A stretch of DNA of 64,000 nt from Octopus sinensis (GCF_006345805.1 NC_043006.1:15438001-15502000), one strand, 5' to 3'. Shown: positions 40,985 through 54,397, numbered from the stretch's first letter. Notes: a model not told the origin generated them from the sequence alone. Numbers and translations are program-made.

Positions 40985-41988
40985 TTCTTAAATAATCATA
41001 TTAAAATATTATTCTCATATAAAATCTTAAAACAATCAGTAAACATGCTTATGTTCCTGTCACTGTATTTGACACATTTAACTTCGTTGCATTCAAATCC
41101 CTCAACTTTGACCTTCCCGTTTCGGGCTCATTTAATAAAATATCATTCAACTATTAGGTTGATGATATCGACGAACGCTCTTCTCTCAAATTCGCGAATT
41201 TTTTGGCTTGTAGCTAAGTCAATAGTCATTATAATGACGGTGAGATTGTAAAGCCATTAAAATATCAGAAAATTGCTTTTGTTTTTGTATTCGAGTTCAA
41301 ATTTCGCCGAGGACAACTTTGCTTCTCATTCCCCCTGGGTCGATAAAACAAACTACCGGATAAGTACTGAGGTCAATGATATTAACTGTCTACTTCTCCT
41401 TCCCACACAATTGCTAGCCTTGAGCCTAAATCAGAAAATAACTATTTATTTAGTTTCATATTGTTTTGTTGCTTCATGAATTAAAATCACTTTCCGTCAC
41501 TTAATGTAGTTCAAAATTTTGGAATCTGCTTAAAACTTTGTTTTATTTATTGCTGATGTTTTCCATTGTTGATGGTGTTGACGCTTTCGTTATCACTGTA
41601 ACGCAAGAATTCCTTTAAGGAACATTAAATCCTTCCGTTTTTAAAGTGGCAGTGACCTTGGTTATGGAAAGTTATGTGCTACATTTCAGAGATTATAAAT
41701 AAACTTTACTGTTGAGACGAAAACAGCTTTTCATCTAAGATGACGTCTTTTAAAAACAATGTCATTCTATAAGTCACCTTACTTATTGATTTTATATTTC
41801 GTTACCATGACAACAGAAAAACGTTTAAAGCAGTTATTTCTAAACAGTATCCTGTATATCGCAGGTCGAATTTCTTTTGTGTTTGAGTGCGAAATTGAAC
41901 TTGCCACTGTAAGCGTTTAAACGTAGAGTGAATACTTGGTGATAACCTATTTATAATTAAGGGGAATGTTCCTTCCAGAGTTATGCCT

Positions 41989-42404
41989 ATTTCTTTACTA
42001 TCCACAAGGGGCTAAACACAGAGAGGACAAACAAGGACAGGCAAACGGATTAAGTCGATTACGTCGATCCCAGGTGGTAACTGGTACTTATTTAATCCAC
42101 TCCGATAGGATGAAAGGCAAAGTCGACCTCGGCGGAATTTGAACTCAGAACGTAGCGGCAGACGAAATACCTATTTCTTTACTACCCACAAGAGGCTAAA
42201 CACAGAGGGGACAAACAAGGACAAGCAAACAGATTAAGTCGATTATATCGGCCCCATTGCGTTACTGGTACTTTTTTAATCGACCCCGGAAGGATGAAAG
42301 GCAAAGTTGATCTCGGTGGTATTTGAACTCAGAACGTAGCGGCAGACGAAATACCGCTAAGTATTTCGCCCGGCGTGCTAACGACTCATCCTGCTCGCCG
42401 CCTT
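41989..42404 (-). mobile_element. SINE family C dimer with 16-bp TSD
   Basis: TSD TTCCAGAGTTATGCCT at 41973-41988 and 42405-42420. Confidence 0.94.
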
Positions 42405-42483
42405 TTCCAGAGTTATGCCTGTTGTCATTGCTGGTGACAGGACACGAACTAATGACCTTTCAGCTGGTTATCCAATAACTTCC

Positions 42484-42663
42484 GTTTATATCGGAGTGAT
42501 ATGTGCCCTCTCTAATTATATTGGATTAACATCTGCTGTCTCCAGTAATATCGGATTAATAAATGCTCCTTGCAATTATATTAATGTCATATCTGCTCCT
42601 TCGAATTACATTGAAATAATATTTTCTTGTCTGAATTCTATTAGGGTAACATCTGCTCTTCCT
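42484..42663. repeat. Degenerate 30-bp minisatellite x6
   Basis: Units AATTATATTGGATTAACATCTGCTGTCTCC, AGTAATATCGGATTAATAAATGCTCCTTGC and similar, without indels. Confidence 0.75.
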
Positions 42664-43010
42664 GTCCTTCTTCCACTCTTTCTCTCCCAATCCCCTCTCA
42701 CTCTCTCTTTCAGATTATACTGATGTCGTAAAATCTTATCTGTTTTGAACGTCAAATTCTTGACATTGGTTCAAAATTAAGTAGGGTTACTTTTATGGTT
42801 CTGGTTTTGCAGTTAAATAATTATTGCTGAATGATCAGATAACCATGGCGGAAGGAAACAAACAAGTCGCTATGCAGTTTCTTTATTTTCTCTATCCCTA
42901 AAGCATTTAACCCTAGGCAATTCGTCGCATTAAACTACAAACTTGCATCTCAGAGTTCGTTTAACAATTCATCACTGTATGATGAAACGTTACTTTTCAT
43001 GTTTCAATAG

Positions 43011-43356
43011 CTTGGGCAAGTGGCACCTTGGGCAAGTGCCTTCTACTATAGCCTCGGGCCGACCAAAGCCTTGTGAGTGAATTTGGTAGACGGAAACAGA
43101 AAGAAGCCCGTCGTATATATGTATATGTATATATATGTGTGTTTGTGTGTCTGTGTTTGTCCCCCCAACATCGCTTGATATCTGATGATGGTGTGTTTAC
43201 GTCCTCGTAAGTTAGCGGTTCGGCAAACGAGTCCGATAGAATAAGTACTAGGCTTACAAAGAATAAGTCATGTGGTCGATTTGCTTAACTAAAGGCGGTT
43301 CTCCAGCATGGCCGTAGTCAAATGACTGAAACGAGTAAAAGAGTAAAGAGAGAGAG
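43011..43356 (+). mobile_element. SINE family A, 5'-truncated
   Basis: Starts at a duplicated CTTGGGCAAGTG; the rest matches the consensus. Confidence 0.9.
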
Positions 43357-44760
43357 TTTATAATGTTGAGCTCAACTTTTGTGCTCATTGCTTGGTGCTA
43401 GATGAGCTTCGGCTCACTAACTTACTTGAGATACAACAGTGCTCATAGTCACAGTTAATCATAGATGACACCACTGCTTAGATCTGTAGAGAAGGCTTGG
43501 CTGGTTGTTGCATTATATTATATCGATCCTTTACTGTATTTCGTTCAACTCTTTATGTTCTGGGCCGCGGAAGCCAGCTTTATTTTTCATTCTTGCGGGG
43601 TCAAAAAGATCAAGGATCATTCAAGTAGAAAGAACGACACCACCTTCACTCAAAATTGCCGGCCTTCTGAGTTCAAATTCTGCAGGAGACAATTTCACAT
43701 TTTTCAGAGTCGCTAAAATAATGTATCAATCAAATATTACGATCGATAGTATTGACTAACCCTCCCCTAAAAAATTGTCAACCTTGTGCTTAAATCAGAA
43801 ACCATTATTTAGCACAGATATTTGTGATGAGCTGTCATTTACATCTACCATATATTCACTATACAATTACTTCAGTTAGTTTCTCGAATAAACACGCGTT
43901 ATCAAAGCGTTAATCATTAATATTGATGACATGGTGAAGAGTATGTTGTTTTTTCCTTATGTTTACATTCTTTGTTTGTTTCTTTTTTTTTAAAGAAACC
44001 AGTATCATAGCCATTTCAATAACTAGATTTTACAGATAAGTTCACGTTTGTTGCTTTTGTTTTTCTAAAATCTCTTGTGAAAATATTACGGAAATATTCG
44101 TACGCACATATGCACACAGATGTAAATGTATATGTGAATATAAGCGTAATCGAGAGTGTATGCTTTTCTATAAAACCAAGATCATTGAAACCTAATATTA
44201 TTATCGCCAACTTTTGGAACGAAGGACAAGACTAATGTTTACGGAAAGACTTCCTTTCTACATGGAAATAAATCGATTATCTCTGAAAATTACCCTCAAC
44301 AGTTGAAAAATAAACATAATTATTTCCTGTTGTAACTTTCACAGCATGGATTAGCTTTGCATTGGTGATCTTAAATTATTGGCCTGTCGCTTCAATTCCG
44401 TTCACCAGTTTGTGAGTTCTGACATGCTACAGCAAGGAAGACTGTTACGGTGATTCCAAAATAAATTACCTGACAGTAATGTAGTAAGTAACCTGAAATG
44501 CTAAAGATTATTGAAATATATGAGAAAAATCATAATGTCTAAAAACGTATTGAAGACGATCGAATAGGGACGCCACTACATGGTCACTCGACCTGCCATC
44601 AAGAAATTTCAGCCAAATCCCATATCAAATCAGATCTTACCTATTTGTATAATCATACTTTGACAGAGTAGTCCTTGATATACAACAGCAGACGAGATGG
44701 TCCTTTGAATGACTCATTTGATTGGATATTGTTGATTAACTATCAGCTATGAATATTTCA

Positions 44761-44980
44761 TAGCAGAATCGTTAGCATGAGCTGCTAGAATCGTTGAACG
44801 CCGTAAAGTGCTTAGCGGCATTTCGTTCGTCTTCACGTTCTGGGCTCGAATTCCGCCAAAATCGACTTTACCTTTCATCCTTACGGGGATCAATAACATA
44901 AGTACCAGTTGAATACTGGGGTCGATGTATTCGACTTATGCCCCACCCCAAAATCACTGGTCTTCTGCCAAAATTTAAAA
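44761..44980 (+). mobile_element. Degenerate SINE family C, short-tail variant
   Basis: GCTTAGCGGCATTTCG...CCTTTCATCCTT...AAGTACCAGTTGAATACTGGGGTCGAT. Confidence 0.7.
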
Positions 44981-45678
44981 TTAATATTTCATAGTAATGT
45001 GCAGGAGTACAATATACGTACATAAGGCGTTAAGGTGAGTGATTTGAGGGTGAGATGGAAACTATTCTTTCTTGAAGGTTCAATGTCCTTTAGATTATGG
45101 TTGAAGTGAGGTTAGCAAATAACAACAGCAACAAATACAAATTAAAATTGCCCATACGATGCCGGATAAATTGTCAGGACCCATTCCAACTCCGTCAATG
45201 CTAATGTTATTTGAACAATCTAATATAATGTTCAATAAAAATGTGTGATTCTTTCGCAATATAGGAAATCCCATTGGCCTTCAAAGAAAGAAAGACAGAG
45301 TGACTAGGAAAGGAAAATTGTGTTGCAATGCCGGTCAGTTCGGAAACGACATTGAAATTTTGTTTAAATCTCCTCTGATACAACTGCACCTGAGACGTGT
45401 ACACGTTCTGCACCAAGAATCTTCAAGTAGAGGAAAGTTTAGTCAACCAGTTGTTAAATAGCTACAACTCCAACTACATCTAGTGGATGCTACTTTCTTT
45501 CATTGAATCATCAAAACTTATATGTATGTATGTGTGTATACCGCACGTGCATGTGTATACGTGTGCGCGCTTGTGTGTGTGAATGCGTAGAAAGAAAACT
45601 AATTATTTTCTAGATAATACATAAAAACCTACTTCACAAGATATAATGCATAATGTATACATAAGTATACAAATACAA

Positions 45679-45778
<100 letters not shown>

Positions 45779-46174
45779 TATATGTACTTGCATACATACA
45801 AATACACAGACACATGCAAACACACACACCACACACACACATTGTGATGTATAATTCTCGTTAACATACAAAGTTACAGCCTTCCGATTTAGCTCGGAGC
45901 TATGTTATGTGGTTCTGGCAACAAATACACTTCACTCCGGATCTGTCAGAAACAGCTAAGCGTGTAACTGAAGCGAGGCTTTGATGTGTCTACCTCTCTA
46001 TAAACACACTGCCCTAAGTAATACAAGTGTTTTATTCATGGATGCACTGTAGTAGTACAGATACTAGCAGAAAATTACCACCACTTCAAATTAGGCATCG
46101 TTTATACAGCACCATGCTAGTCTTCGTCTTCCGAACTGCAAAGGGTACATTCGTGCTTGGAACAGTCACTAGAC

Positions 46175-46794
46175 CTGTTGTTCTCAACCGGGGTCTATAT
46201 GGCCCCTGATGGTCCATATAAGATTTGGGGTGGCCCACGCAAGCAAAATAGTAAACTGGGGTTCCATAACAGTATTTAAAGTGCCCCTGAAAAACTTTTG
46301 CTTTATCTGTATGTATTAGTACGTATTGTGGAGGCGCGTGGCTTAGTGGTTAGGGTGTCAGCATCATGATCGTAAGATTGTGGTTTCGATTCCTGGACCG
46401 AGGGACGCGTTGTGTTCGTGAGCAAAACACTTCATTTCACGTTGCTCCAGTCCACTCAACGGGCAAAAATGAGTAACGCTGCGATGGACTGGCATCCCGT
46501 CCAGCTGGGGAACACATACGCCATTGAAACCGGGAAACCGGGCCCATGAGCCTGGCTAGGCTTTAAAAGGGTGCATTAAATTATTTATTAGTATGTATTG
46601 CAAGAAAGAGTTAGGTTTCTTTCACTAACATTTTACACAGTTCAACGGACCCACGTTAATATGTAAAAAAAAAAGGAATTTTGAAAGAAGCATTTATAAA
46701 AATAGTTTTTAAACTTCGAATGGCTGTGGAGGTCCACCAGGGTAAAATAATAATCAAACGGGTCAGTAGATGTAAAAAGGGTCGAGAACCCCTG
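46175..46794. mobile_element. Non-autonomous hAT (Charlie-like) element with nested SINE
   Basis: Ends CTGTTGTTCTCAACC and GGTCGAGAACCCCTG; 8-bp TSD CACTAGAC at 46167-46174 and 46795-46802 (central CTAG). Confidence 0.85.
46329..46585 (+). mobile_element. SINE family F with 15-bp TSD
   Basis: A box TGGCTTAGTGG, B-box-like GGTTTCGATTCC; TSD TATTAGTA(C/T)GTATTG at 46314-46328 and 46586-46600. Confidence 0.9.
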
Positions 46795-47363
46795 CACTAG
46801 ACTCTCTCGTCTTTCCTACAGACATCGACTCATTTAGTTCTTTGCGTAAGAGGTCTCCAAAATGTTGCTGATTTCTCCTTTCCTCCAAAGATCAGACATG
46901 ATGGTTTTGTGAGCAGTAGGATCACAAAAAATATCCATATTCACTGTCCACATTGCACCCACTTTGCAACAACATATTCACTTCCATTTATGTATTCATA
47001 TCAAATGCGAAAGTATTTCTAGATGTTTTGAACCAACAAATCCAACGGCACAAACATTGTCCCTTCAGTTGCCTTCAAACACTTAAAATGCTGTACCAAT
47101 GGTTTCATACAGACATCGGTGCCGACAATTTCACACTCACTCACACACACACACACACACACATGCACACCCACACGCACACACACGCACACACAGACGC
47201 ACACACAGACGCGCACACACACACAAATAACAAACACATACACACATATATATATATACATATATATAAACATCTTGGCTAAGTGTCTTAAACTTTGTCT
47301 GTAGACAAAAACTGTTTGGGAGACAAAAACTAAAAGAAGCCCGTTGAATAAATATATATGTAC

Positions 47364-47852
47364 ATTAGGGACTCCTTCATAGAGTAATTGATGTATTTGT
47401 TGGGTATATATTCAGTTTGGTTACCTGTTTCTCAGAATTATATGGACTCTTCTGATGAGAACCCAATATAGTTCGAAAATCGATTAAGGTTGTTCGTCAT
47501 TTTTTTTCAGTCTGCAGAGAAATGGGGAAAATGTACCCAGTTTATAATTATACCATGTTACCTATTTATTATATCATACCTTGATACTGTATGAACTAAG
47601 ATCCCTATTGAAAGGTCGTTGGTATTTATAGAGTGTTAAACACTTTCGGTATGCAAATTAGGGACTCCTTCATAGAGTAACTCCTACATTTGTTGAGGAT
47701 ATAAACTGTTTGGTTGCGTGTTTCTCTGCAGACTGTCAAAATGAGAACCCACTAAATTTCGAAAATTGATTAAGGTTGTATGTCATTTTTTTTCAGTCGG
47801 CAGAAAAATGGTTAAAATTTGCCCTGTTCATAATTATACCATATGTTACATA
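47364..47852 (+). repeat. ~293-bp tandem unit (1.7 copies) carrying a hammerhead motif; retrozyme/Penelope pLTR-like
   Basis: ATTAGGGACTCCTTCATAGAGTAA at 47364 and 47657; downstream sequences align. Confidence 0.8.
47449..47489 (+). ncRNA. Minimal type I hammerhead ribozyme motif
   Basis: CUU-CUGAUGA-GAAC(ccaauaua)GUUC-GAAA-A(UCGA)U-UA-AGG; stem II closed by G-C, palindromic stem III, short stem I. Confidence 0.7.
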
Positions 47853-47859
47853 TATACCA

Positions 47860-47898
47860 TTGTTTGTTTGTTTGTTAGTTAGTTAGTTAGTTAGTTAG

Positions 47899-47957
<59 letters not shown>

Positions 47958-47986
47958 CATACATACATACATACATACATACATAC
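47860..47986. repeat. Stepwise compound tetranucleotide array GTTT>GTTA>CTTA>CATA
   Basis: Direct reading. Confidence 0.95.
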
Positions 47987-48191
47987 TGTAGTGAATAAAC
48001 ATATATATATACATCGCTAGCCACTAAACATTTTGTTTTTTATTTTCTCTCTGTTTATTTCTGTGATCCTTTCTGTTGAAGAGCGTAGGCTCGAAACGTC
48101 TTTCTCATTTCCCGAGCCATAAAACTAATACCTCTGTTGCTGTTTACACACCCGTCTTCGTCTTTTATTTTGTTTATTTTTTGTAAATTCC

Positions 48192-48280
<89 letters not shown>

Positions 48281-48314
48281 ATACATATATATACATACAT
48301 ACATACATACGCAA

Positions 48315-48387
<73 letters not shown>

Positions 48388-48392
<5 letters not shown>

Positions 48393-48699
48393 CGTGATTT
48401 CACCATGACCGACCAGACCATCAGATGTTGCTACACATCGCTGGTCACAATGCGCTTCGCATTCTTTTAGCCTTTAAATGACGCCACCCCGCTGGCTAAG
48501 CGAGCAGGCCAACAGAAGAAAGATTGAGAGAAAGTTGTGACGGAATAGTACAGCAGGGATCGCCACAACCCCCTGCTGGAGCCTCGTCGAGCTTTAGGTG
48601 TTTTCGCTCCATAAACACTCACAACGCCCGGTCTGGGAATCGAAACCGCGAAACTACGACCGCGAGTCCGCTTCCCTAACCACTGGGCCATTGTGCCTC

Positions 48700-48702
<3 letters not shown>
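48388..48702 (-). mobile_element. SINE family B, tail variant 3
   Basis: Family B head (reverse complement GGAGGCACAATGGCCCAGTGG) with the same tail as the 3837 copy, ending in (TA)n. Confidence 0.88.
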
Positions 48703-48732
<30 letters not shown>

Positions 48733-50633
48733 ACATATATATATATATATATATACATACACATATACATATTCATGAGTACTCGTGGGTTTATGGTCCA
48801 GGCCGATACCGTGCGGGCACTCGGTTGTAATCCGATTTCAAGCTAACCGCGTCAAGTTGTAAGGAGATCCTAGGAATACTTATGGTGAGTAATCACACTG
48901 TAGTTCATACGATTGGTAAATCCTGGGTTCGTTTCGCTGGATTATGAGTAGTTTATTGTGGATATATATCCCCAAAAATTACAATTAATACGGGCATTAA
49001 CACATCTGCATATTTGTTTTCATTTCTACAGTCAATTTTATAGCATGTTTGGTTTAAATTTGTCCGACGTACGTTTCTGCAGCTAAGAAGACTAACAATT
49101 GCATTCGTATCCAGCACTCTACGCAACTTTATTCAAGGCCAGTTAAGGATTTAGTAACCACCACGTAAATACGAGGTGCCTGTGTCCACATGGTAAATGC
49201 TAGGATAATATCTGGTTTGACTTACAAGTAGCAATCACTGTTCTTAAATTAACACACAGAATGAAGAATCTGCATGTACTCTTGAAACTTGATTTACGCA
49301 GAGAAAATTTCGAATTGGCTTTATAAAGAAGTTCTTCGTAGCTCATATAATTAATTTTATCTGATTTTAAGCCAACAGTTGTACACAACATCTGAAGATT
49401 ACACACTCGTAGCCCATCAAAGACTAGGCTTTGAAAAATTACACTTTGATCTACTTAAAGGTCCGGGATTCTCATTTAGAATTCCTTGCCATCTGAAGGA
49501 TTTTGCCCTTTTTTTTTTTGCACTATTCACTTTAAAGCAACGAGAGATACTTTTTCGATAAAAAAGAAAAAAAAAGGAATTTTAAAATTTTATAAATTTT
49601 TCAAACTCAACTCCTCTACTCAGTACCTTATTTTGGCCACTTTTTCCACTAAGCACTTAAAAACGGAGAAGCCTTGAAGGGTCAAAGAAAATATTTTTGG
49701 AAATCGGCGATGACCATTACATTCTCCACATCCTTTATTTTCAAACATAAAATAAAACAATTTAAAAACAATAATGAAATCTGTTTTAATTCTGTTCATA
49801 AATCCTAAAATTTCGCATGTTTTCAAAATTTTCTAAATCATAGTCCGAATATGCAATTTGCTTCTATTTATAATTTCAAAATCATTTTCAGACGAAAAGG
49901 TGTGTGATTCGAGGGAGATTTAGCTGTTGCCTCTGGCACATCCCACGAAAACCTGGAGCCTTGCTCGTTTCTTTATCGCACTGACATATATAGATGTTTT
50001 TCAATGTTTTTCTCGCTATAAACACATTTTATAGAATGATGATTGTCCACTGCTGGAACTTAAGCAACAACAAAATATTTTATAATTTCAATTTTTCACC
50101 CCCAACCTACATCAAGCAGGTCCGCGTGTGTGTTGTTCGTGTGTGTGTGTATGTGTATCTGTATGTGTCTGTGTATGTGTGTGTGTGTATGTGTGTGTGT
50201 GTATGCGCGCGTGTGTGTATGAAAAATATATTTACTAACAGAACAGTTTTCTATTAAAATAAATTAGCCTTAACATAACTTTTTAAAATCACTCTTATGC
50301 TGCAAAGAAATTCCTTTTACACGCGCTTGCTAACACACACACACACTAACAAACACCCACCCACACGCTCAGCATGAGCGATATAGTTTAACAGGGAGTG
50401 AGAGAGAGTTTGGTAGATATATATAGACAGGGGTAAGTTTACCTTGAGAAAAACGAAAAATGAACGAGGGAGACAAATATTGAGAGAGACGTTTTCTGTT
50501 GTTGTCACAGATTTTGAAATTTTAAAATTTAATGAATATTTTCAAATTTGATATATTAACGTACTTTTTCACGGTGAATCCGAGTTTGGTTTTCATTTAT
50601 TCTAGAAAAAAAACTTTAGAAAGTATTTACAGA

Positions 50634-51050
50634 GGCGCAGGAGTGGCTGTGTGGTAAGTAGCTTGCTAACCAACCACATGGTTCCGGGTTCAGTCCCACT
50701 GCGTGGCACCTTGGGCAAGTGTCTTCTACTATAGCCTCGGGCCGACTAAAGCCTTGTGAGTGGATTTGGTAGACGGAAACTGAAAAGAAGCCCGTCGTAT
50801 ATATGTATATATATATATACCTATGCATGTGTGTGTTTGTGTGTCTGTGTCCCCCTCGCATTGCTTGACAACCGATGCTGGTGTGTTTATGTCCTCGTTA
50901 CTTAGCGGTTCGGCAAAAGAGACCGATAGAATAAGTACTGGGCTTACAAAAGAATAAGTCCCGGGGTCGAGTTGCTCGATTAAAGGCGGTGCTCCATCAT
51001 GGCCGCAGTCAAATGACTGAAACAAGTAAAAGAGTAAAAGAGTAAAAGAG
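50634..51050 (+). mobile_element. SINE family A, full length
   Basis: Consensus match, (GAGTAAAA)n tail. Confidence 0.93.
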
Positions 51051-51610
51051 AGGTCTGAAAAACGGATTTGTATGTGAGAATTGTGAGAAAATTAACGAAA
51101 CATTAGAAGACGAAGTTTTAAACAAAATGAAAGTAATGAGTGAGAGTTAATGCATATATACAGAGAGCGAGAGGGGGGAAGAGGGGGAGAGAGAGAAAGA
51201 GTGTTGGTGAATTTATATAGAGAGGGACAAGTTGATGGTGATAGAAAGAGAGTACGGGAGTCGTCGAAGTAAAAGTTGAATTATTTCTCGTAGAAAATCA
51301 TGTTTTTTTATAATTGTTTACAAATCAGCTCCCCGGGATGGAGATTTCGAAAATCAAATTCGTGTTTCTCGAGGACGCACAATTTCAGAGATTTCGGGGA
51401 AAATCGCACATATATAATCACATAGACCCGCATTTATGTAGTAAATATACATACATATATACATGTGTATGTATGTATGCATCTATGTATACATATACAT
51501 ATGTATATATATATATGCATGTATATATATATTAATACATATATATATATATATACATATATAGATATATATTATATATATAGATATATAATATATATAT
51601 ATATATATAT

Positions 51611-52060
51611 AGGTGAGAAAGTTGGTGTGTGAAAGCACGTGGTTGAATATATAGAAAATAGTAAAAAGTGAAAAAACTACAGAAGGCTTGTTTTAAAAGT
51701 TAAAATATATATATTTGAGTCATAATGACTCAAATATATTTTTTAACCTTTTAAAACAAGCCTTCTGTAGTTTTTTCACTTTTTACTATTCTCTCTCTCT
51801 CTCTCTCTCTCCTCTCTCTATATATATATATATATTATATATATAATATATATATAATTATATATATATATATATATATATAGGTGAGAAAGTTGGTGTG
51901 TGAAAGCACGTGGTTGAATATATAGAAAATAGTAAAAAGTGAAAAAACTACAGAAGGCTTGTTTTAAAAGGTTAAAAAATATATTTTGAGTCATAATGAC
52001 TCAAATATATTTTTTTTACCTTTTAAAACAAGCCTTCTGTAGTTTTTTCACTTTTTACTA

Positions 52061-52110
<50 letters not shown>

Positions 52111-52112
52111 TA

Positions 52113-52158
<46 letters not shown>

Positions 52159-52368
52159 GGTGAGAAAGTTGGTGTGTGAAAGCACGTGGTTGAATATATA
52201 GAAAATAGTAAAAAGTGAAAAAACTACAGAAGGCTTGTTTTAAAAGGTTAAAAATATATATTTGAGTCATAATGACTCAAATATATTTTTTTTACCTTTT
52301 AAAACAAGCCTTCTGTAGTTTTTTCACTTTTTACTATTTTCTCTCTCTCTCTCTCTCTCTCTCCTCTC

Positions 52369-52400
<32 letters not shown>
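51611..52400. repeat. Three tandem ~270-bp units, each with a ~140-bp near-perfect palindrome plus (CT)n(TA)n
   Basis: Units start at 51611, 51882 and 52158; palindrome centres TGAGTCAT-A-ATGACTCA at 51724, 51995 and 52271. Confidence 0.93.
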
Positions 52401-52686
52401 CAAGAGATGATTATATAGGGAGAACTACATGCTCATATACAACTGAATAAGTGTGAAAATGAAAGTGATACGACCATTGAAATCAATAGAAATACAATTT
52501 ATATGTCCGGTGATATTTACTTTCGCAGGTTCATATCCTTTCAATTTGAAAGCAGCCACATAATGCTCCCCAGTACGTTCCGAAATCCAACCTCCATCTC
52601 TTGATGGGGGTGCAAAATATATAACCCACATACACGTAAATACAGGCAGATACATAGATACATATAACGCTCAAATATATATATAT

Positions 52687-52720
<34 letters not shown>

Positions 52721-52758
52721 ATATATATATATATATAATATATATTATATTATGTATG

Positions 52759-52826
<68 letters not shown>

Positions 52827-53008
52827 TAAATATTGGTAATATGCATGCAGAAAAAGTTAATAAAGCGCATGTCGTGCCAACCCACGTAATATGTACACAA
52901 TAGCGATATAGATACAGTTATATATTCATGTAAAAAAAAGCAGAAATATAGATGTAATGACAGATGCAGATATACAGGTACCTTCCCTCTCCCTACACAC
53001 ACACGCGC

Positions 53009-53074
<66 letters not shown>

Positions 53075-53314
53075 CCTAGATATGTGTAGATATTACGCTG
53101 AGTTTGTTTAGAAGCCTGTGCTCTAAACACTGTGCTTATATGGATTTATGCCTCAATGGTTTACGTACGCAAACATACATAATCTTGTGCATACATACAT
53201 ACAAACATACATACGTACATACATACATAGATACATAGATACATACATACATACATACATACATACAGACATACATACACACATACATATATATATATAT
53301 ATACATACATATAT

Positions 53315-53365
<51 letters not shown>

Positions 53366-53880
53366 ATACATATTTATTCAAGTATACACACGCATATATT
53401 ATACGTATATGAAGGCAAATATGCAAAGCTGTGTACTGGGCTTTACCAATAAGTTAATTTTGTGAGCTGCCATGATTGAGAGCTGCAGTGAATTTCTTGT
53501 TCATAGATAAATCAGTTCTTGATTCTATAGACTTAGAGTTAATCTAGCTGTTTCTTCATATTTTGCATTTACACTTAGTCCCGCGTAAATAATCGACTTC
53601 TATTCATTTTGGCTCGGTATCGTACCAAAAGGATAGAAATAAAGCAAGAAAAATGAGTGAGAATAGAAAAAGGAAAAAGAAAAAAATGAGCGAGAATAGA
53701 AAAAAAAAAGTCTTTGATACAATTGCTTTCAGTGCGTGGACAGACGTAATAAGCGATTTTAAATATGTTGGCGCATGTTAAATATTTAAACTATGAAGTA
53801 ATTAAAGATCTAGTATCGAACTTCATAACTTCAAAATTACTTCCTTTTATATAGGCAGGCGCAAACGTACACCCTTACAG

Positions 53881-53981
<101 letters not shown>

Positions 53982-54219
53982 GATACATAGATACATATAT
54001 ACATATATATATATATACATAGATACATATATACGTATATATATATGCATATATATACATAGATACATAGATACATATATACATAGATACATAGATACGT
54101 AGATACATATATATATAAAACACTTTAAAAAAAAAAAAATTTTCAACCTATACTTTGAATTCAGAATTCTGTAAGGGAAAGACCTGATTATATAATATAT
54201 ATACATATATATATGTATG

Positions 54220-54272
<53 letters not shown>

Positions 54273-54397
54273 AATGTTAATAATTGAAGGATTCTAGATA
54301 TGAAAATCGCAATTATCTTTGAGATAAGTACTGATTATTTTCTCCTCAGGTTTCTTCTTCCTTCTTCCTCATTCTTTTGTCTCACTCTTTCACCCAG

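Noticed and set aside
49000-49900. Possible decayed DNA-transposon or exon sequence
   Set aside because: No convincing motif, TIR or open frame identifiable by eye
51611-52400. CRISPR-like regularly spaced repeats
   Set aside because: Units are ~270 bp, the spacers are microsatellites, the context is eukaryotic and there are no cas genes
54337-54350. Minus-strand CUGAGGA-GAAA hammerhead core
   Set aside because: There is no stem II between the core halves; it is better read as a + strand pyrimidine tract with CAG
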